Shown piece by piece: positions 48,285 to 58,334 of a stretch of DNA of 64,000 nucleotides. This stretch comes from Anaerolineae bacterium (GTDB taxonomy: Bacteria; Chloroflexota; Anaerolineae; UBA1429). The stretch is from positions 1,248,001 through 1,312,000 of the forward strand of contig OY776562.1 of assembly GCA_963675785.1 (NCBI GenBank). The letters are read 5' to 3'. A model generated the notes under the pieces. It saw only the letters and a list, made by a program, of their open reading frames with translations. It did no database searches and was not told the origin of the DNA. The translations under genes were made by a program, and so were the position numbers. How positions within the stretch are numbered: position 1 is the stretch's first letter; every line of letters starts with the position of its first letter.

Positions 48285-49568
48285 CTACTCCTCTGTATTT
48301 TTGTCGACTGGCGGTTTGGGGCGTCGTTCCAAAAGATTCTTGAACCAGTCTCTTAACTTGACAAAGAATCGTTGGCCCTTTGACGAGAGACTCTCGTGAT
48401 TGACCTGCCGGGCCGCAGTCCCCTCTAGTTCAGAAGGGTCTACCATCGTCAAAAATCCTGTTTCATCCAATCCCACAGCCACTGGCTTGTCTTTGAGACC
48501 AAGTGTATCAAAGGAATATAGTTCTCGCACCAGTACGATTCCTACCGCCAGGATGGGCACCGCCAACACAATGCCAATGGCACCAAACAGAATCGCCGCA
48601 ACGAGCTGAAACACCAACACGGCAGCTACTGGGATGTTGAGTTCCGATTTGACGATGGAGGGTGTGATAACATTGCTTTCCAGTAGCTGGATGATCAAAT
48701 AAACCGGAGCCACCACCAACAACTTGGCCGGGTCAGCAGCCAATTGAAAGAGCAAAATAGGGATGAGTGGTAAGAACGCGCCGATGTTGGGTATAAAGCT
48801 GCTCAGTCCTGCGATAACCGCCACCGTAATCGCGTGCGATGCGCCGAGTATTCCCCCTAAAACGAGCCATACCAAAGCTGTTGTGATGAACACCGAGGCC
48901 AGTTGGGCGCGAATCCAGGTGACCAGCGTCATATAGACGGCGTTCCACACGTCCAGCAAACGCTGTCGCTTACGCTCTGGCACCAGATAGAGGCTGACTC
49001 GTACGTACGTCCCCGGCTCAATGAGCAACATGATTGCGATGACTAGAATGATCAACAGATTGCCGATGATTCCCGAGATAGCAGTCAAACCGCCATAAAG
49101 AATCGGCAAACCGGCACTCACCGTGCTTCCAAAATAGTCCAACAGTGACTCGACTAGGTCAGGACTGACTTCCAGGGCCCCAGTCTCAATATTACGTAAT
49201 GGTGGGAGCACGTTCACCAGGTATTCGGAAGTTGCTAGCCGTAGCTGTTCATACCCATCGACAGCATTGTTTACCAAACCAGGAAGTTCACGGACGAGTG
49301 AGCCTAGTTCATTGATAATAGGCGGGATCATGATGAATCCTAACAATGTGGCTATGCCTAACGTTAGGACGACTGCCAACAACACAGCCAAGCCGTGTTT
49401 GACCTTCCATTTGCGCTGAAACCAACGTACAAACACCCCCATGCCCACCGCCAGCACAATAGCCAGCGTAGCCAGCAGCAGTTGGTCGCGCAAGAGCCAG
49501 ACACAAACCATAATCAAAGCCAGCAACACCACAAATAGGGTACGCTTGGCAAACTCGGCAAAGCTCAT
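48285..49568 (-). CDS. AI-2E family (UPF0118/PerM) transporter
   Basis: Multi-TM; FIPNIG, IQLLESNVITP, G..GIVLAVP. Confidence 0.9.
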   Translation of the reverse strand: MSFAEFAKRTLFVVLLALIMVCVWLLRDQLLLATLAIVLAVGMGVFVRWFQRKWKVKHGLAVLLAVVLTLGIATLLGFIMIPPIINELGSLVRELPGLVNNAVDGYEQLRLATSEYLVNVLPPLRNIETGALEVSPDLVESLLDYFGSTVSAGLPILYGGLTAISGIIGNLLIILVIAIMLLIEPGTYVRVSLYLVPERKRQRLLDVWNAVYMTLVTWIRAQLASVFITTALVWLVLGGILGASHAITVAVIAGLSSFIPNIGAFLPLIPILLFQLAADPAKLLVVAPVYLIIQLLESNVITPSIVKSELNIPVAAVLVFQLVAAILFGAIGIVLAVPILAVGIVLVRELYSFDTLGLKDKPVAVGLDETGFLTMVDPSELEGTAARQVNHESLSSKGQRFFVKLRDWFKNLLERRPKPPVDKNTEE

Positions 49569-49620
49569 GAACGGCTCGCTCCTCTCTGTCTCAGGGTCAA
49601 GGCGGGTCGCTCGAACAGAC

Positions 49621-50859
49621 TCACCAGCCTGTTACCATGTACGTCTGCAAAATTCCCGACTCGTCCGAATTGAAAAAGCCCTTGGTACCATCCGGCGAAA
49701 GGAAAGGATGGACATGGGCGCCCTTGACCATGCTGCATTTGGGATTCGCCACAGGCGTTAGCCCCTGCAGCGGCGAAATACCATCTTGAGGCAATTGAGC
49801 TACATATACAGCCTGGCGTTCGGGATGATTCACGTTATTGTCCACGATAAAGCGTTCGCCAGCGATATCGGTAGCGAAATGGTAGAAATGGCACCCAGGT
49901 TTGATGCGGCTCAGTTCATTGCGGACAGCTTTACTGCCCGGCGTGCAACGACCAATATGCCCGGCAAAGGGCAGCGCCTTACCAGCGATGAGTTGGTGCT
50001 CCTTGGGCACGTTACAGAACGTGCTGGTAATGCAGTCCGTGCTGCGCCCAATCCAGCACTGGTGCCCCTGGCAGTGTTCGTTGCCGTCACGTCCCCAGGG
50101 CAAATTGCGAAAGCTGGTGCCATCATCGCTGATCACGTGAATCTCTATACCCAACTCATCTACTGTATCTACCTGCACACCATCGGGACGATAGCGGCGA
50201 TCGTGATCCTCCTGCACCAGTATATCATGGCTAGCTTGGGGATTGGTGGAGCGACAATACTGGGCATGCATATTGCCCCAGGTCCAGCCATAGAGGGGCA
50301 CCGTCACTTCACCTGTCGTAATATCAAACACCATCAGGCCAAAAGGGATATCCCCACGGGCACCATCACTCAAAAAGCCGCTGATGGCGATGCGTTTCCC
50401 GTCGGAGGAAATGGTCGAGAGCGGATAGATGCGACTGGGGCGAAAACTGGTGCCGCGAATGGGGGCGTCCACTACTGTGATGGTTTGACGCTCCGTACCA
50501 TCGAGGTGCACCCGTTTGAGAATCAGTTTGCCACTACCCAATTCCGTCTCGTTGACGAAATAGTAGAGCCACTCACCATCCGACGAAAGCGAAGGGCCCG
50601 TGGTTCCCGTCTCGATGGTGATGGGGCTAAAAGAACCGCCGTCTTCCAGATCGCACACCAGGTAGCGGTGCTCAGGGTCGTTCTTATCCGAGCCGTGAGC
50701 ATGTGCCGAACGATGCAACACGAATCGGCGGTTATCGGGATGAAAAATCTGCGCTTCCATGTAAACGTGGGAAGAAGGCACCTCGGGCTCGTCAGTCAAT
50801 TGCCAGACGCTCACCCCCTTGGGGGCATCCTCATGCACCAAATCAGGCCGTTCGATCAT
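49621..50859 (-). CDS. Oligogalacturonate lyase (PL22)-like beta-propeller protein
   Basis: VWQLTD...HVYM...F.PD, GHQCW, HVHPFLSPDG...FFNSD.SG..Q.Y. Confidence 0.6.
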   Translation of the reverse strand: MIERPDLVHEDAPKGVSVWQLTDEPEVPSSHVYMEAQIFHPDNRRFVLHRSAHAHGSDKNDPEHRYLVCDLEDGGSFSPITIETGTTGPSLSSDGEWLYYFVNETELGSGKLILKRVHLDGTERQTITVVDAPIRGTSFRPSRIYPLSTISSDGKRIAISGFLSDGARGDIPFGLMVFDITTGEVTVPLYGWTWGNMHAQYCRSTNPQASHDILVQEDHDRRYRPDGVQVDTVDELGIEIHVISDDGTSFRNLPWGRDGNEHCQGHQCWIGRSTDCITSTFCNVPKEHQLIAGKALPFAGHIGRCTPGSKAVRNELSRIKPGCHFYHFATDIAGERFIVDNNVNHPERQAVYVAQLPQDGISPLQGLTPVANPKCSMVKGAHVHPFLSPDGTKGFFNSDESGILQTYMVTGW

Positions 50860-50890
50860 CTTTTCCGTACCTCTATGCTCTTATCAGTTG

Positions 50891-52624
50891 CTACTCATCT
50901 ACAGCAATATGCCAAGCAGCACTAGCGCCACGTTCCTGCAGATCGATGCGGATCAAGCCGCACACACCACGGCGATTATCATAGCCATAGGGTAATACCA
51001 TCACGTGCTCGGTAGCGCCCTCAGCAACAATGCGCACCTTTTCTTCGCCCAACTGCAGATGAATCACCGTGTCGTTGGGTTGTCGCTCTACGGTCACCTG
51101 CGTCTCGTATCCCAGGCCGCAATCACGCAGATAGGGGATCAGCAGTGTGCTGTACAACTGGCCGCCCTCCAGCTCTTCGGAGGCATGAACACCCTCGCCA
51201 TCTACCTGCACATCGCTGAAAACCCTAAAGGGCACGCCCTTGACACGACTAGTGAGGCGCACAGCACAATCGCCCACCTGCTCATACCCGCCTATCGGTC
51301 GTGGATCGAGCTGAGCCAGCACCATGAGCGGTTCAGGGCCGGGGGCCTCGCGAGCAGCCAAGCCCATATTGTACCAATGCTCCGGCGCCGAGAGGTGATG
51401 GGTGCTGCTGGCCCACTGCAAGTAACGGCCGGGGCCAAAGGTCACATCTACCAGGCCAAAGCCATCGTAATGCTCGTCGGCCCAGCCATTCAAGGCAGCA
51501 GTATAGCGCCCATTATGCAGCACGGCGCGGCAAAATGGATCGCCCTCAACCCACACCGAGGGCGTGCGATCGCAGCTCGTTGCCGGTTCTTCGTTATAGC
51601 CATCCGACACAGCACGAGCCAAGAACCCCAGTGCAAGATTGGCATAGTGCGCATCGGCTGTATAGTCTTCATAGCCCACGCGATAGGACCAGGGCAATAG
51701 ATTTTGCACCGGACTATAGGGACCGTCGGGGCGCTGCCACAAAGCAAAAGAGGCCTGTGATAAACGAATAGCAGCACGAGCGCGTTTTGCCCATTCTTCC
51801 TCACCCCGTGCGCTTAACAAATTCGCCGCCATGGTCAGATAGGCCATCTGACAACCCAATGTCCAAGTTTGGCCGGTGCTGCGATAAGCCGAAGCCAGCG
51901 AGCCATCGGAAAGCTGCACGGCCAACGAGCGACGCACGCCGGGCAGCAGCCAATCCTCTATCTGCGACTTGTACGCGCCATCATAGCCCTCGACCAGCAT
52001 CAGCGTCAGGTGATAGCGGGTGAATAGGTCATAGCTATTGGGATGCCCTGGTTCCTGATAGTAACCGCCCGGTATGCTGATGTGCACCTCGAAAAAAGGC
52101 GCCAGCCAGGCGTCGATATCCTCCATAGTATAGGGAGAAAGCCCCTCGCGCACCCGCAGCCACTCGCCACTGAGCCACACCGAAGCCCAATTGGCTGGGG
52201 GCCTGCTGCGAAAGGCGTCTGGCACTTGTACGGCACGGATGCGCTCACCTACTTTTGCAGCTTCGCTAGGCGCGATGTGTTTGAGAATCAGAAAAGTCTG
52301 CAAGATAGGCGGCCAAAAGAAATCGCGATGGTTGAGCCGGGCGACCACCGAGCCATCGATCCGACTCACCGAAGAAACAGTGGCCGAGCGGCTAGTGTCG
52401 CTCACCAAATCCAGAGCCACATGTACTGCCTGAATCGATCGCCGCAGGTTATCTGCTCGATTTTTGGGCGATCCTTTTTCAGCCAGCACCGCTCGCCCAA
52501 AGGCATGGTACGGCGTGCCGTACTGGGTCGGCTGGCCCATGAGCGGATCATTGATCTCGCCACGCTCATCCTGATAGACCGCATAGCTATCGATGCCACG
52601 CTGGAGTAACTCAATGGCACTCAT
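50891..52624 (-). CDS. Conserved hypothetical protein, paralogue B (helical-barrel lyase-like)
   Basis: 577 aa, co-linear with the upstream paralogue. Confidence 0.75.
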   Translation of the reverse strand: MSAIELLQRGIDSYAVYQDERGEINDPLMGQPTQYGTPYHAFGRAVLAEKGSPKNRADNLRRSIQAVHVALDLVSDTSRSATVSSVSRIDGSVVARLNHRDFFWPPILQTFLILKHIAPSEAAKVGERIRAVQVPDAFRSRPPANWASVWLSGEWLRVREGLSPYTMEDIDAWLAPFFEVHISIPGGYYQEPGHPNSYDLFTRYHLTLMLVEGYDGAYKSQIEDWLLPGVRRSLAVQLSDGSLASAYRSTGQTWTLGCQMAYLTMAANLLSARGEEEWAKRARAAIRLSQASFALWQRPDGPYSPVQNLLPWSYRVGYEDYTADAHYANLALGFLARAVSDGYNEEPATSCDRTPSVWVEGDPFCRAVLHNGRYTAALNGWADEHYDGFGLVDVTFGPGRYLQWASSTHHLSAPEHWYNMGLAAREAPGPEPLMVLAQLDPRPIGGYEQVGDCAVRLTSRVKGVPFRVFSDVQVDGEGVHASEELEGGQLYSTLLIPYLRDCGLGYETQVTVERQPNDTVIHLQLGEEKVRIVAEGATEHVMVLPYGYDNRRGVCGLIRIDLQERGASAAWHIAVDE

Positions 52625-52635
52625 GAGGTCCGCCT

Positions 52636-54366
52636 CTAACGGATAACAGAAATACGATAGGAAACGCCCTCGCCGGGGTCAGCCAGGTCGATGCGGATCA
52701 AGCCCATTAGCCCTCGCGTGCTCTGATAGCCATATGGCAGCACTGCTGTATGTTCGGCGCGACCATCGCAAACCAGCTGAATCTGTTCGGCACCCAAGCT
52801 GAGGGTCACCACCGTACGCTCTGCCTGCTCGTCCACCTCGACCTCGGTTTCATAGCCAAGGCCACAGTCGCGCAGATAAGGCACCAACAGGGTGTTATAG
52901 CCACAGCGATTGCACATACGCTCGGTTACGGCTACACCGTCATCGTCAATAGCCAGGTTCATCTGGAACACGTCTGAACTACCCTTGGCGCGGGCTAACA
53001 GCTTTAAGCTGGATTCGCCGGTCTGTTCGAACCCGCCAATGGGTCGCGGATCCATCTGGGCCACGACAGCCAAAGGCTCAGAGCCGGCGCCCTCACGCAA
53101 CGCCAGACCGATGTTGTACCAGGCGTGGGGATCGGAGAGGTGCTTGGTGCTGGTAGCCCACTGCAAATAGCGACCTGGTCCAAAGGTCAGGTCAACCAGG
53201 CCAAAGCCGTCGTAATGGTCGTTGGCCCAGGCGTTCACATGGGCGCTGTAGACGCCGCGATGCACCAAGGCACGGTAGGTCGGATCGCCTTCAATGAACA
53301 CCGTCGGCTCACGGTCCCACTCGAACAGGGGCTCATCGTCAAACCCATCCAAGATGCCCCGCGCAAAGAACCCTAGCGGCATATTGCCGTGGTGAGCATC
53401 GGCCGTGTAAGGCTCATAGCCCAGCCGATACGAAGGTGGCAGCAGGTGTTCCACCGGACTAAAGGGCCCGTTGGGGCGCTGCCAGCGCATGAAGGAGGCA
53501 AAGGCCAACCGCGCCGCCTCAGCGGCCTTGGCCGAACGTGTGGGGTCGCTCTGGGCAAAATAGTTCTTGCAGAGGGTGAAAAAGGCCGCTTCGCAAGCAG
53601 GGATCCAAGAGCAGCCGGTGGTGCGATAAGCCGAAGCCATCGAGCCATCGGAGAGTTGCACAGCCAACGAGCGATCCAGCCCGGTGGTCATCAGGCGTTC
53701 CATCTGTGCCTTCCAGCGCCCCTCATAGCCATCCACCAGGCAGGCAGCCAGGTGATAGCGGGTAAAAAGATCGTAGCAGTTGGGATGCCCCGGCTCTTGG
53801 TAAAAACCCTGCTCTACCAGAATGTCGTTCTTGAAAAAAACATCCATCCAGCGGTCGAAATCCTCTAGCGTGTTATTCGAGAGCCCCTCGCGAATGCGCA
53901 TCCACTCGCCTGAAACCCACACCATGGCCCAGTTGTTGGGCGGGCGGCTGCGGAATGAGGCATAAACATCCACGCTCTTGATGAGCTCCACCAGGCTCTC
54001 GGCATCCGCTGGCGAAACTTGCTTGAGGATACGATAAGTAGCCAAAATAGCCGGCCAGAAAAAGTCGCGGTGGTTGAGGCGGCTGACGATTGAGGCCGTC
54101 ACCGAATCGACGCTGGATACGGTGGGAAGTGCCGTGGGATCGGCCACCAGGTTCAGCGAGGCGTTGACGCTGTGCATCGCTACCGCTAAATGCTCAGCAC
54201 GATGTTCTTCAGGTCCCCTCAGGGCTAACACCGCCCGTCCCAAAGCATGATAAGGCGTGCCGTACTGGGTTGGTTCGCCCATCAACGGATCGATGATCTC
54301 GCCATCCTCACGCAAATAGGGTTCATAGCTCAAAAGGCCGCGTTCCAGCAGTTCGATGGGTCGCAT
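52636..54366 (-). CDS. Conserved hypothetical protein, paralogue A (helical-barrel lyase-like)
   Basis: 576 aa; QYGTPYHA, NHRDFF, PPNNW, YDLFTRYH; AGGAG RBS. Confidence 0.75.
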   Translation of the reverse strand: MRPIELLERGLLSYEPYLREDGEIIDPLMGEPTQYGTPYHALGRAVLALRGPEEHRAEHLAVAMHSVNASLNLVADPTALPTVSSVDSVTASIVSRLNHRDFFWPAILATYRILKQVSPADAESLVELIKSVDVYASFRSRPPNNWAMVWVSGEWMRIREGLSNNTLEDFDRWMDVFFKNDILVEQGFYQEPGHPNCYDLFTRYHLAACLVDGYEGRWKAQMERLMTTGLDRSLAVQLSDGSMASAYRTTGCSWIPACEAAFFTLCKNYFAQSDPTRSAKAAEAARLAFASFMRWQRPNGPFSPVEHLLPPSYRLGYEPYTADAHHGNMPLGFFARGILDGFDDEPLFEWDREPTVFIEGDPTYRALVHRGVYSAHVNAWANDHYDGFGLVDLTFGPGRYLQWATSTKHLSDPHAWYNIGLALREGAGSEPLAVVAQMDPRPIGGFEQTGESSLKLLARAKGSSDVFQMNLAIDDDGVAVTERMCNRCGYNTLLVPYLRDCGLGYETEVEVDEQAERTVVTLSLGAEQIQLVCDGRAEHTAVLPYGYQSTRGLMGLIRIDLADPGEGVSYRISVIR

Positions 54367-54399
54367 AAGGTCAATCTCCTATCATTGAGCAAGCTCTAG

Positions 54400-54422
54400 A
54401 AGACGCTCCCTTGGAGCGTCTT
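54400..54422. other. Intergenic stem-loop after GH127
   Basis: AAGACGCTCC-CTT-GGAGCGTCTT. Confidence 0.55.
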
Positions 54423-54428
54423 ACATCT

Positions 54429-56354
54429 TTAGCAAGTGTGCACCCACACCAGCATCGAACCTGGGGCACGGTTGCCCCAGGCGTAATAGGGTACAAAAGT
54501 CAGTTCGACGGGTTGACGGTTGGGTGCTCCGGGCGCATACAGAGTTCCATTACCTGGAGCCGTCTTGCGCCAGCCTTTGCCCGTGATTAGCGCCACGCCG
54601 CCCAGCAAATCCGCGTCGTAGGAGGCGCTCAACGCACTGCCCTCGGGCAGCACCAGGGCGTGCAGCCCCTCGCCGTTATCAGCCGCTTCCAGGCAGTAAA
54701 GGATAGGGCCACGCTGTATGGCGGTGCAGCCATTGTCCATCCACACCTCAGGGCGAGCGTAAAGGCGCTCCACCGGCATGGGCAAGGTCAATTCGATCAA
54801 GTCACCAGCGACCCACTCACGAGTAAGCAAGGCATAGCCATTCGCCAGCACCGCAGAGACCTTGATATTCTCACCGTTGATGCTCAAGGCCGGTTTACGG
54901 CACCAGCCGGGGATACGCAACGCCACCGTCGGGCTGCCGCTCACCTCGGCCACGGTCAGGTGAATGCGCTCATCCCAGGGATAGTCCGTCTCTTGCAGCA
55001 AGCGCACGCTGCCACCCTCAAAACGGAACTCGGCCTCGGATGGCGTATACAGGTTGCAATAAACCGTGCTGCCCCGCCGCGAATAGACGTACATGTTCAA
55101 TGAGGCAGCCAGGCGAGCCACGTTAGGTGGGCAACAGGCGCAGCCAAACCAAGGCTGACGTTGCGGCTGTTCGCTATCATGGCACTCTTCGGGGCGCTTG
55201 GCATCCCAAACAGCCTTGTTCACATCCAGCATGTTGGCGTAGAAAAAGTCCTTGCCATCCAGCGAGACACCGGGTAGCACGGCGTTGTACAAACAGCGCT
55301 CCATCACATCGGCGTATTCGCCGCGAGGATCGAGATCGAGCATACGCCGCGCCCAAAACACAGCGCCGATGGCAGCGCAGGTCTCGGCATAAGCGGTGTC
55401 ATTGGGCAGATCGTAATCGCTGGTAAAGCGCTCACCGTTGGCCGAAGAGCCAATGCCGCCGGTGACGTACATGCGTCGATCGACCATGCTGTGCCACAGG
55501 CGCTTGCTGGCCTCGGCCAGCTCGGCGTCATCCTGCAGCAGGGCCACGTCGGTGACGCCGCTCATCAAATAGGTGGCCCGCACAGAATGCCCCTCGATGT
55601 CGGTCTGCTCGACGATGGGGGCATGAGCCTGAAAATACTCGGACCCACCCCAACGCGGTGTGTCCGTCTCTCCCAGGGCAGCGCGCTCGACATCCCAATA
55701 GTGGGGCTGGCGGCCGCGCTCATCCACAAAATACTCGGCCAGATCGAGGTATTTTTCCTCGCCCGTTGCGCGATACAGTTTGACCAGAGCCAGCTCGATC
55801 TCCTCGTGGCCGGGATAGCTGGGAATCTGCCCCTCACCATGGCCAAACACCGTGGCAATGTAATCGGCATAGCGGCACATCACATCCAAGAACTTGCGCT
55901 TGCCAGTGCCCTGATAATAGGCCACGGCCCCCTCGATGAGGTGCCCGGCGCAGTAGAGCTCGTGCATGATGCGCGTGTTGCTCCAGCGCTTGCCTGGCTC
56001 AACCACGGTGTAATAGGTGTTGAGATAGCCGTCCTCTTGCTGCACATCGGCCAAATCGTCGATGACGGCATCGGCCAGGGCTTCCAGTTCGGGATCGGAG
56101 TAATTGGCCAGGCTATAGCCCACAGCCTCCAGCCACTTGGCCTCGTCGGAATCCCAAAAGTGATGCGGACGATTAGGGTCGCCCGGCTTCCAGCCCAGCT
56201 TGAGCGATTCCAGTCGTCCGGTATCGCGCAGCTGCTCGTATTCGATGGGCAATGTATTGGTGCGGTTGGTATCCTGCACGCGCTTGAGCAAGCCGCAAGT
56301 CAGCTTGACCTGCTGTAGCATGGTTTCCGGCGCTTGAACCTCTGAATGCTTCAT
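54429..56354 (-). CDS. GH127 beta-L-arabinofuranosidase family
   Basis: DSD..KWLEA, HELYCAGH, GHEEIELAL, GHSVRA, YAETCA, CACCPPN, PYYAWGNR. Confidence 0.95.
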   Translation of the reverse strand: MKHSEVQAPETMLQQVKLTCGLLKRVQDTNRTNTLPIEYEQLRDTGRLESLKLGWKPGDPNRPHHFWDSDEAKWLEAVGYSLANYSDPELEALADAVIDDLADVQQEDGYLNTYYTVVEPGKRWSNTRIMHELYCAGHLIEGAVAYYQGTGKRKFLDVMCRYADYIATVFGHGEGQIPSYPGHEEIELALVKLYRATGEEKYLDLAEYFVDERGRQPHYWDVERAALGETDTPRWGGSEYFQAHAPIVEQTDIEGHSVRATYLMSGVTDVALLQDDAELAEASKRLWHSMVDRRMYVTGGIGSSANGERFTSDYDLPNDTAYAETCAAIGAVFWARRMLDLDPRGEYADVMERCLYNAVLPGVSLDGKDFFYANMLDVNKAVWDAKRPEECHDSEQPQRQPWFGCACCPPNVARLAASLNMYVYSRRGSTVYCNLYTPSEAEFRFEGGSVRLLQETDYPWDERIHLTVAEVSGSPTVALRIPGWCRKPALSINGENIKVSAVLANGYALLTREWVAGDLIELTLPMPVERLYARPEVWMDNGCTAIQRGPILYCLEAADNGEGLHALVLPEGSALSASYDADLLGGVALITGKGWRKTAPGNGTLYAPGAPNRQPVELTFVPYYAWGNRAPGSMLVWVHTC

Positions 56355-56356
56355 CC

Positions 56357-57250
56357 TCACTCCTCTACTCGCTCAGATTGCTGCACACGACTGCCATCCG
56401 ACAGCCGCAACCAGGTATCGAAACCACGGCGCCCCTCATGCAAACGAATGAGCCGCGCACCGCGCAAAAATCCCTCGCGCCCATAGGTGTGATAGCCACC
56501 GCCTCGGCCGTACACCAGGTGAATGCCCTCCAGCAGGCCATCGAAATCATTGATGTGATCATGGCCGCAGAACACGCCGTATACCGCACCGTCCAATTTC
56601 AGGGCGGCAAACAAGCCGCTGTTCACCTTCGGACAGCAAATAGACTCGTAACGAGCGCCTCGCGTTCCCGGATGCTCCCAGGCTCGCTCGTATTCCGGTA
56701 GGGGTATGTGCAAGAACAACAACGCCTGTGGATACTCACTCTGCAGACGCTGTGCCATCAACCAATCGATCTGGGCCTGTTCTACCCAGGCATAGTTGTC
56801 GTGGGCCGGGTCGGCGTAATCGTGGGAATCGAGCATGATCAGCTCAGCCCCCGGATCCCCCGCTACCTTCAAGATATAGTTGCCCACACCAGGCAATTCC
56901 GCTGGACCTGGCTCGCTCAAACAACCGGGCAGCGTGCGCTGATAATCCATTTGCTGCTGGCGATCCCATTTGCTCTCGGCGTCGTGATTGCCATAGATGG
57001 CCGCCCAGGGGATGCCCCGTTCGATCATGGGCGCCGCCGCGTGATCCCAGGCAGCTTGCTCATCCTCTACAGAACGCCCGCCCAACGTATCGCCGGTCAG
57101 CACCACCAAATCGGGGTGCTCAGCGTCCAACACCAGGCGCATCAGCGCAGTGCTATTGGCATCGCGGGGAGCACCATACAGGTGCAAATCGGTAAACTGG
57201 CAGATGGCAAAGGTGCCATCGTCGCCAAAGCGCAGAGTGTTTTCACTCAT
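56357..57250 (-). CDS. Metallophosphoesterase (calcineurin-like)
   Basis: FTDLH, TGD, GNHD, HIPLPEY, GHDH.ND. Confidence 0.92.
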   Translation of the reverse strand: MSENTLRFGDDGTFAICQFTDLHLYGAPRDANSTALMRLVLDAEHPDLVVLTGDTLGGRSVEDEQAAWDHAAAPMIERGIPWAAIYGNHDAESKWDRQQQMDYQRTLPGCLSEPGPAELPGVGNYILKVAGDPGAELIMLDSHDYADPAHDNYAWVEQAQIDWLMAQRLQSEYPQALLFLHIPLPEYERAWEHPGTRGARYESICCPKVNSGLFAALKLDGAVYGVFCGHDHINDFDGLLEGIHLVYGRGGGYHTYGREGFLRGARLIRLHEGRRGFDTWLRLSDGSRVQQSERVEE

Positions 57251-57410
57251 AGTGGCAGTCTATCCTTACTGTAGGTAAGCGTCAACGTGGGCGCAATGGC
57301 CCCGCGCGGCAGGATACATCCAACAGCAGCAGGCCGCAAGCAACTGCGCCTGCCTTGTAGGCGTAAGTATGGTAGTATATCGGTGTCAACTGCCAGGAAG
57401 AGGAGTCGAT

Positions 57411-58334
57411 ATGGATCAGTCGATCACTGTTGAAAATCTGCACAAAAGCTATGGCGAGGTACAAGCCGTACGCGGTGTCAGCTTTTCCGTCAACCGGGGT
57501 GAGATTCTGGGTTTGTTGGGGCCTAATGGCGCCGGAAAAACCACCACGTTAGAGTGCCTGGAAGGTCTGCGTCAGCCCGATCAGGGCCAGCTAGCGATCA
57601 TGGGCGTGGACCCCACCCGCGACGGTACTCATTTGTGCGACGTCATCGGCGTGCAGCTGCAAACCTCCGGCTTGCCGCCCGATATGACCGTGACCGAGGC
57701 CATGCGCTTTATCTGCGCCTACCACGGCTTGGCGCCCCGCACCGATTTGTTGGCGCGCATGGGGCTAGCCGAACACGCCGCTCAAACTTATGCCCACCTC
57801 TCTACCGGGCAGCAGCGCCGCTTGGCCTTGACTCTGGCCATCGCCCACCGGCCGCCCGTGGTCATTCTGGACGAGCCCACCGCCGGCTTGGATGTGGCCT
57901 CGCGCACTGAGCTGCACCAACTGATGCAAGAGCTGCGCAACGAAGGTACGGCCGTCTTGTTGGCCACCCACGATATGGCCGAAGCCGAAAAGATGACCGA
58001 CCGTGTGGCCATCCTGCTGCAAGGGCAAATTGTGGCCAGCGGCACACCCAAAGAGATCACCGCCACCGGGTCGGCCTATACCAAGGTGTCGGTACGCAGC
58101 GAAACCGACAGCCTCAAGGCACGCTCCGATGCTCTGCCGGGCGTGGTGCGCACTGCCTTCGATGAAGATTATGTCATCTTGTGGACCACCGACATTGCCG
58201 CAACCGTTACGGCGGTGCTGGCGGGCTTGCAGGCTGCCAACGATCCTCTGGTTGATCTGCGCGTCGAACGCCCCACCCTGGAGGAACGCTTCCTGGAGAT
58301 CACCCACTTTGAGCGCAACGGAGGCACCGCATGA
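57411..58334 (+). CDS. ABC-2 exporter ATP-binding protein
   Basis: GPNGAGKTT, LSTGQQRR, LDEPTAGLD; start ATG 57411 after AGGAG. Confidence 0.95.
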   Translation: MDQSITVENLHKSYGEVQAVRGVSFSVNRGEILGLLGPNGAGKTTTLECLEGLRQPDQGQLAIMGVDPTRDGTHLCDVIGVQLQTSGLPPDMTVTEAMRFICAYHGLAPRTDLLARMGLAEHAAQTYAHLSTGQQRRLALTLAIAHRPPVVILDEPTAGLDVASRTELHQLMQELRNEGTAVLLATHDMAEAEKMTDRVAILLQGQIVASGTPKEITATGSAYTKVSVRSETDSLKARSDALPGVVRTAFDEDYVILWTTDIAATVTAVLAGLQAANDPLVDLRVERPTLEERFLEITHFERNGGTA

